A stretch of DNA of 48,401 nt, taken from the NCBI GenBank assembly GCA_039919615.1, contig JBDSFG010000205.1:1-48401 (forward strand). Direction: 5' to 3'. The notes under the pieces are model-generated. The model was given only the letters and a program-made list of their open reading frames with translations, searched no databases and was not told the origin of the DNA. Origin of the DNA: Ginsengibacter sp. (GTDB taxonomy: Bacteria; Bacteroidota; Bacteroidia; Chitinophagales; Chitinophagaceae). This document shows, piece after piece, positions 44,828 through 48,401 of this stretch (its first letter is position 1; each line of letters opens with the position of its first letter). A program made the position numbers and the translations under genes.

Positions 44828-45790
44828 ATGGTGATTGATAAGAACTCAAAGAATATTAACTATCCCTCCCAATTCGCAATTCTATTAGGCTTAACAGGAG
44901 CTGGCGTAGTAGCGTCAGCTATATTAACCGGCCTTATATGGGTAATGATGCAGGGAATGACTATGCCTTCAAAAACCGATGATCTCTTTCAGCTAAAATA
45001 TTATAATGTACTGATGGTCATACAAGCCGTTACTACATTCTTTATTTTTTTTGTTCCGGTGTATTTTTTTGCGGTGATTTGCTATAGAAATCCAAACAGG
45101 TTTTTGGGATTCAATATGCGTATTAATTACAAGCAAATCTTTTTACTCTTATGCATATTATTTCTCACATTTCCGTTGTCAGGCACCCTGGCAGAATTTA
45201 CAAAATTTTTGCCTATACCTCAAAGCTGGGCGCTGAAATTTAAAGAATGGGAAGTGTCAAGAGAAGCACAGGAAGCTGCATTGATACAAATTACTTCCTT
45301 CCCTAAATACATTATTTCGTTATTTATTATTGCATTGCTGCCGGCTATTTTTGAAGAAACATTTTTTAGAGCAGGAATGCAAAATCTTTTTATACGATGG
45401 TTTAAAGGTCCATGGGCAGCTATAATTTTAACCAGTATAATTTTTAGTATTATACATCTTTCTTTTTATGGATTTTTTGTTCGCTTTGCATTAGGGATAA
45501 TTTTAGGATTGCTTTTTTATTATAGTGGAAGTTTATGGTTATCTATATTATTTCATTTTCTTTTTAACGGGCTTCAGGTTACGCTTCTTTATGCAATGAA
45601 TATGAAAGGGATAAAGCAACCAAAAGATATTGAGCAACACTTCCCCATGTGGACGGGGTTGGTAGCTTTAGTTTTGCTAATATATTTATTCGGATTTTTT
45701 AAAAAAACCTCTGAGATGGAACAGGCTAAATATCCTGAAGACGAACTTCCTGAAAATGACTTTAATAACTGGGCCGGAAACCAATCTTAA
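44828..45790 (+). CDS. CPBP (Abi/CAAX) intramembrane glutamic endopeptidase
   Basis: EETFFR, FSIIH, HFLFN motifs; multi-TM. Confidence 0.9.
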   Translation: MVIDKNSKNINYPSQFAILLGLTGAGVVASAILTGLIWVMMQGMTMPSKTDDLFQLKYYNVLMVIQAVTTFFIFFVPVYFFAVICYRNPNRFLGFNMRINYKQIFLLLCILFLTFPLSGTLAEFTKFLPIPQSWALKFKEWEVSREAQEAALIQITSFPKYIISLFIIALLPAIFEETFFRAGMQNLFIRWFKGPWAAIILTSIIFSIIHLSFYGFFVRFALGIILGLLFYYSGSLWLSILFHFLFNGLQVTLLYAMNMKGIKQPKDIEQHFPMWTGLVALVLLIYLFGFFKKTSEMEQAKYPEDELPENDFNNWAGNQS

Positions 45791-45798
45791 TTTTTTAG

Positions 45799-46482
45799 AT
45801 GCCTTTTAATTTCGCCATTTTTAAAACGAGAGCACTAACTGCCGTTTTGTTTGCAATTATAATGCTTACAGGTTTGTTATGGAACCAATGGAGTTTTATT
45901 ATTCTTTTTATTATCATTCATTTTGGCTGCTGGTATGAGTTTATCAAAATAATCAGGAAAATTCATCCGAATAATTATTTGTATTATCTGCCAACGGGAC
46001 TTCTTTATATTTCTCTTCCGGTTTTAATGATGATTGATCTGTCGCATCCGTATTATAATTATGATGTCATTAAAAAAAATGTTTTCCCGGTAATCCCTTG
46101 CGGAATAGTTCTTTCAATCTGGATAAATGATACGATGGCTTACCTTGTTGGTTCACTAATCGGTAAAACTCCTTTTTCCAAAATATCACCAAAAAAAACA
46201 TGGGAAGGAACCATCGGCGGAGCCATTAGTTGTATTGCTTTAATGATAGTAGTTGGGTGGGTCTCCAGGTTTTACAAATTAGCAGACTGGATTGCTATTG
46301 CTTTAATATGCGGGGTGTTTGGTACACTTGGAGATTTACTGGAAAGCAAATTAAAACGAATGGCAGCTATAAAAGATAGTGGCAGCTTTATGCCTGGCCA
46401 TGGCGGATTTTTAGACAGGTTTGATTCGATTTTAGCTGCCACTCCTTTGGTATGGCTGTATGTATATTTTTTTATGCAATAA
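45799..46482 (+). CDS. cdsA: Phosphatidate cytidylyltransferase
   Basis: DTMAYLVG, SPKKTWEG, GDLLESKLKR..IKDSG..PGHGG.LDRFDS. Confidence 0.93.
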   Translation: MPFNFAIFKTRALTAVLFAIIMLTGLLWNQWSFIILFIIIHFGCWYEFIKIIRKIHPNNYLYYLPTGLLYISLPVLMMIDLSHPYYNYDVIKKNVFPVIPCGIVLSIWINDTMAYLVGSLIGKTPFSKISPKKTWEGTIGGAISCIALMIVVGWVSRFYKLADWIAIALICGVFGTLGDLLESKLKRMAAIKDSGSFMPGHGGFLDRFDSILAATPLVWLYVYFFMQ

Positions 46483-46515
46483 CAATAATATTACCTGTCT
46501 CTCCCTTCACTCATT

Positions 46516-46523
46516 TATATTTG
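46516..46523 (+). promoter_or_regulatory. -7 promoter element (TATATTTG) upstream of psd
   Basis: TAnnTTTG ending 16 nt before ATG 46540. Confidence 0.45.
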
Positions 46524-46539
46524 CTATTAATTTTTATTG

Positions 46540-47205
46540 ATGAAAATTCATAAGGAGGGTTACAAATCCATTGCATTAGCGGCATTGATCCTTGCCGCTT
46601 TTAACATCATTTTCTTTTACTTTTTTAGTGTATACATGCCGGCGATTGAGTGGCTTGTGCTTGTTGTTACGCTAATTTTGTTCTTATTTATTATCTCTTT
46701 TTTCAGGTCACCCAGGGTTACTTTAACCATCAGCGAGCAGGAAATAGTTTCCCCCGCAGATGGCAAAGTGGTTGTAATTGAAGAAATTTTTGATACGGAG
46801 TATTTTAATGATAAACGTTTGCAGATATCTGTTTTTATGAGCCCGGCCAATGTACATATAAATCGTATACCCATTAGCGGCGAGGTATTGTACAGCAAAT
46901 ATCACAAGGGAAAATATCTTGTAGCCTGGAACCCAAAATCTTCCACTGAAAATGAAAGGCATAGTATCGTTATTAAAAACGGCGTAGTAAATATTTTAGT
47001 AAAGCAAATTGCCGGCGCCGTAGCAAAAAGAATAATTAATTATTTGAAGATTGGTGAAATTGTACAACAGGGAAATCAAATGGGCTTTATCAAATTTGGC
47101 AGCCGGGTAGATGTATTATTGCCGGTTGATGTACAAATAAATGTAAAACTTAACCAGGTAGTTAAAGGCGGAGTAACTGTGTTGGCTACGTTTGCGAAGG
47201 TTTAA
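46540..47205 (+). CDS. psd: Phosphatidylserine decarboxylase proenzyme (short type)
   Basis: FFRSP, SPADGKV, FMSP.NVH.NR.P, NER, QIAG, autocleavage site FGSRVD. Confidence 0.92.
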   Translation: MKIHKEGYKSIALAALILAAFNIIFFYFFSVYMPAIEWLVLVVTLILFLFIISFFRSPRVTLTISEQEIVSPADGKVVVIEEIFDTEYFNDKRLQISVFMSPANVHINRIPISGEVLYSKYHKGKYLVAWNPKSSTENERHSIVIKNGVVNILVKQIAGAVAKRIINYLKIGEIVQQGNQMGFIKFGSRVDVLLPVDVQINVKLNQVVKGGVTVLATFAKV

Positions 47206-47221
47206 TTTAGTAAATCGGCAA

Positions 47222-47950
47222 CTATAAAATATCCTCCAATTCCTGTAATGCATTAATAGTATAAGTAGGGGTTATCTCAATTTTAATGCCTGTATGGTTA
47301 ACAAATATATTATCCATCCCGGCATTAATAGCTCCCTGTATATCGGCATCAGGATTATCGCCAATCATTATACTTTCTTCTAAATTTGCACCGGCTATTT
47401 TGATTGCATATTCAAAAATTTCCTTTGCCGGTTTTATAGCATTACATTTTTCTGAAGTAATTACATGCGTAAAATATTTGGAAAGATTCGCATTGTTGAT
47501 CTTGTTCCATTGTGTTTTTTCAAAGCCATTGGTAATAAGATGTAATGAATAATTTTTGCCAGCCAGGTATTCTAAGATTTCAACAGTGTAATCAAAAAGC
47601 AGTTTTTTAGTAGGAAGTATATCTAAAAATTTGGCACTGATATCTTTTGCCAGCACCTCATCTCCTATTTTAAAATCAACTAATGTACGCCACATTCTTT
47701 TCCATTTTAAATCTTCGCTGGTAATAAAACCTTTATGGTAACGGTCCCATAGAACGGTATTGTGATTTAAATAAATTTTGTAAAAATCTTCAAAGGGATG
47801 CACATTTTTTTCTGCAAGGTTAAAAACCCGGTGCACTTCAATCAATGTTTCTTTTGCATTGGCATCAAAATCCCATAATGTATGGTCAAGGTCAAAGAAG
47901 AGATGTTTGTATTTACTTTTTTCTCCTGAAAGGGAATTAATTTTATTCAT
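47222..47950 (-). CDS. YjjG-family HAD non-canonical pyrimidine nucleotidase
   Basis: FFDLDHTLWDF, ITNGF, KP, MIGDN..ADI.GA. Start moved to MNKINS (47950) because the longer ORF overlaps the divergent SDR gene. Confidence 0.88.
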   Translation of the reverse strand: MNKINSLSGEKSKYKHLFFDLDHTLWDFDANAKETLIEVHRVFNLAEKNVHPFEDFYKIYLNHNTVLWDRYHKGFITSEDLKWKRMWRTLVDFKIGDEVLAKDISAKFLDILPTKKLLFDYTVEILEYLAGKNYSLHLITNGFEKTQWNKINNANLSKYFTHVITSEKCNAIKPAKEIFEYAIKIAGANLEESIMIGDNPDADIQGAINAGMDNIFVNHTGIKIEITPTYTINALQELEDIL

Positions 47951-47952
47951 TA

Positions 47953-47960
47953 TAAGTTTG
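47953..47960 (+). promoter_or_regulatory. -7 promoter element (TAAGTTTG) for the terminal SDR gene
   Basis: TAnnTTTG ending 25 nt before ATG 47986. Confidence 0.45.
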
Positions 47961-47985
47961 CAATTTACACCACAAATCTTTTTAT

Positions 47986-48401
47986 ATGAATGTTGAAAAA
48001 ACCGCAAAAGCACGTGTGGGTAAAAATGTTATTATAACCGGCGCCAGTAAGGGAATAGGCAAAGGGATTGCAGAAAAATATGCTTCAGAAGGATATGATC
48101 TGTTTTTGTGTTCAAGAAATGAAGAGCGACTTTTAGCATCTGCGGAAGAGATCATTCAACAAAACAAAAATGCTAAAGTTTTCAACTTTGCTGCTGATCT
48201 TACAGATAAAACGCAGGTAAAGGCTTTTGGAACCTGGTTGTTACAACAAGATTTTTCTATTGATATTTTAATAAATAATGCAGGGGATTTTTTACCCGGA
48301 AGTATTTATAATGAGGAGGAGGGGCTGCTTGAAAGTATGATAGCTGCCAATCTCTATAGCGCGTATGCGTTGACGCGGGTTTTATTACCGGCAATGATGA
48401 A
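47986..48401 (+). CDS. SDR family oxidoreductase (partial, runs off the window; absent from the ORF track)
   Basis: Manual translation MNVEKTAKARVGKNVIITGASKGIGKGIAEKYASEG…DILINNAG…NLYSAYALTR. Confidence 0.88.
   Translation, partial: MNVEKTAKARVGKNVIITGASKGIGKGIAEKYASEGYDLFLCSRNEERLLASAEEIIQQNKNAKVFNFAADLTDKTQVKAFGTWLLQQDFSIDILINNAGDFLPGSIYNEEEGLLESMIAANLYSAYALTRVLLPAMM

Noticed and set aside
44828-45790. Abortive-infection phage defence (Abi)
   Set aside because: This is a CPBP membrane protease in a housekeeping cdsA-psd context; the Abi label is historical.
1173-47552. Numerous 60-144 aa ORFs antisense to or overlapping the long genes (e.g. 8343-8750, 16676-17110, 36902-37312, 43178-43573)
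   Set aside because: They are shadow frames of well-supported genes and have no recognisable motifs.
1-48401. CRISPR arrays, tRNA/rRNA genes, IS elements, invertible promoters
   Set aside because: No regularly spaced repeats, cloverleaf or rRNA signatures, transposases or long inverted repeats were recognised by eye. A computational scan could still find weak elements.

Overview
A 48.4-kb, AT-rich chromosomal segment of a Bacteroidota bacterium, probably Chitinophagaceae-like. The evidence is repeated TAnnTTTG -7 promoter boxes and a T9SS C-terminal sorting domain preceded by a PLP-type linker. From left to right it contains: DinB and hypothetical genes; a secreted TPR protein; a T9SS cargo protein; a sugar-utilisation module; a cluster of exported enzymes (Tat L-amino-acid oxidase, Tat HisC-like aminotransferase, secreted protein ending in a non-canonical Hint domain, GHL6-like hydrolase); an Omp85-type barrel fused to a kinase-like domain; a ~14-kb minus-strand surface-polysaccharide cluster predicted to make a CDP-linked 3-C-methyl-6-deoxy sugar; and housekeeping genes (ABC-F, galK, TopIB, dusB, cdsA, psd, YjjG). 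Reading between the supplied ORFs revealed a double-frameshifted RelE/ParE toxin, an NhaP fragment, a relic copy of the Wzx C-terminus and a partial SDR at the right edge. The top candidates for new biology are (i) the LAAO-aminotransferase-Hint operon, (ii) an orphan gene resembling CPR diversity-generating-retroelement target proteins and (iii) the kinase-like/Omp85 fusion. No rRNA, tRNA, CRISPR array, transposase or integrase was recognised. All family calls come from recognising motifs by eye; no database searches were run.
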